Below, piece after piece: positions 62,580 to 64,000 of a stretch of 64,000 bases of DNA (its first letter is position 1; every line of letters starts with the position of its first letter). A model generated the notes under the pieces. It saw only the letters and a program-made list of their open reading frames with translations. It did no database searches and was not told the origin of the DNA. Made by a program: the position numbers and the translations under genes. The stretch spans positions 248,001 to 312,000 of the forward strand of contig LSRY02000009.1 of the NCBI GenBank assembly GCA_001643675.2, read 5' to 3'. Origin of the DNA: Monocercomonoides exilis PA203 (lineage: Eukaryota > Protista > Preaxostyla).

Positions 62580-63330
62580 AGAGGAGGCAAGTGAATGTCT
62601 GAGGGAAAAGGATGAAGATAAAAAACAGAAGCGAAGAGGACTGAAAAAGTGAAATCAAAGGAAAGAGAAAGAAAAAGCGAGCAGAAAGGGGAGAATGATA
62701 AAGAAGTGCGTGAGGAGTTCAGCAAATTTGTGGAAAAGAAGAAGGAGCGCATGCAAGAGGAGAGCAACAAAAACTTGGATAGAATTTTCTTGCTGTTGTT
62801 AAATCGCATCTTTCAGTTAGCAGCGCAGAATCAGATCCATTAAAGGTTCAAAATGAATCTTTTGGCATTTATGAATTGTCATCAGAGTAGTAGAAAGTAC
62901 AGAGATTTCTTGTTAGGAATCAAGAGTTGGAGGCAGAAAGGAATATGGAAGAAGATCACAAAAAAAGAAAGATGATTTTGAATGGGACGAAAAGGTGAAA
63001 GAGAGAAATATAATTGTAAGTGAGACAGAACAGGAAGAAAGCATTAAGGCAAAGGAGAAAGTGGAACAATCCCAAAGAAGTGATAGAAGAAAACGTGAAA
63101 GAAAAGAAAAAATAAGCAAATATACACCAAAGAAAATAGCTTATCTGGCAAGCACGATGTAACAACAGAAAATTATCTGCCCTGAATGAAATTTTTTTCA
63201 ACTTATTGTGAAGATAACAACAATGTATTCGTCAGGAATCTCAAAGAAAAGAATATTACGGGAAAACAGAAGCAAATGCAAAATTTTATCAATTTGAATT
63301 GTGGCTATGATGATTTTTTATGCTGAGAAG
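62580..63330 (+). pseudogene. Possible decayed retroelement (DIRS-like) remnant
   Basis: Purine-rich, coding-like sequence. ESRVGGR / IWKKIT / MILNG across frameshifts resembles the VGGRL..W..I motif preceding DIRS reverse transcriptase. Weak. Confidence 0.25.
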
Positions 63331-64000
63331 AGCTATGCTTCGTTCCTTTTGCTCCCCTTCTTTATCCTTCGTATCGAACTCAATCTTCAAAATCAGGGAT
63401 TAGCCGATTTTGTTCCAACTTAATGATTGCTATTATTTTCTTTTTTCTTTGTGATATTTCAAGTTCAATTTCTATTTCTATTTCCACAACAATTCATAGC
63501 CCAAATTCTTCAAGAAATTTAAACTTGAAATTATTTGAAATTTATTAGCTTTTTCATTCGTTTTGAGTAGCTTTTCCCCCCTCAAAATATCTCTTTAATT
63601 TCAAATAAGAAAAAGAGTCAATTGAATATTTTCTTCGTTTTTTATTATGCGTTTTGATATTTCTTTTATTGCTGACATTTTCCACTTTATCTTTTTAAAA
63701 AGATAAATCTTCCATGCCTTCAAGTCAATTTTCACAAGATTTTTCATCAAATATTGAAAACGAAGCAGGTCGAAGCAATTGAAATATTTAAATAGTTTTA
63801 TTTTATACACATTTTGATGAACATCATTGAAAATGATGTTTTCCATGTTTTGCAAGGGATCAAACGATTGACATATTTTTATTATTCAACTTTCATTTCA
63901 CTCTCTCTTTGTCAAGTGCTTAACAATTCAAAAGTTATCGTTTTCTATTTTTTGTGAGATTCATCCTTCATTTCCTTCTTGTTTTCCTTTGATAATAAAT

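Noticed and set aside
1-64000. tRNA/rRNA genes and a non-standard genetic code (TAA/TAG=Gln)
   Set aside because: No RNA gene was recognised. Long ORFs contain no in-frame TAA/TAG and EFHC1 ends in TAA, consistent with the standard code.

Overview
This is AT-rich, intron-rich eukaryotic DNA using the standard code with short GT-AG introns. Its gene families and low-complexity style point to an oxymonad flagellate, probably Monocercomonoides (inference, no search run). Conserved-type genes are the axonemal DM10 protein EFHC1/Rib72, a very divergent Nup85-like nucleoporin, a coiled-coil protein, and a multi-pass membrane protein whose N-terminal F-box appears only after splicing four exons. Lineage-specific genes are four 3-exon paralogs of a helical-repeat protein family, two single-pass surface proteins (one 2599 aa with a cytoplasmic pseudokinase C-lobe), and a roughly 2000-aa secreted protein built of CxxxC helical-hairpin modules. 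The most striking structure is a 5,876-bp element (37849-43724) with identical 161-bp GGCA-ended terminal inverted repeats (TIRs) and an 8-bp target-site duplication (TSD). It encodes no recognisable transposase and carries two captured fragments of surface-protein genes. It has inserted into an intron-containing pogo/DDE_1 transposase whose reading frame is restored when the element is removed. A second GGCA/8-bp-TSD MITE containing telomere-like repeats is present, as are two GGG-ended MITE families with 4-bp TSDs, one copy nested inside another.
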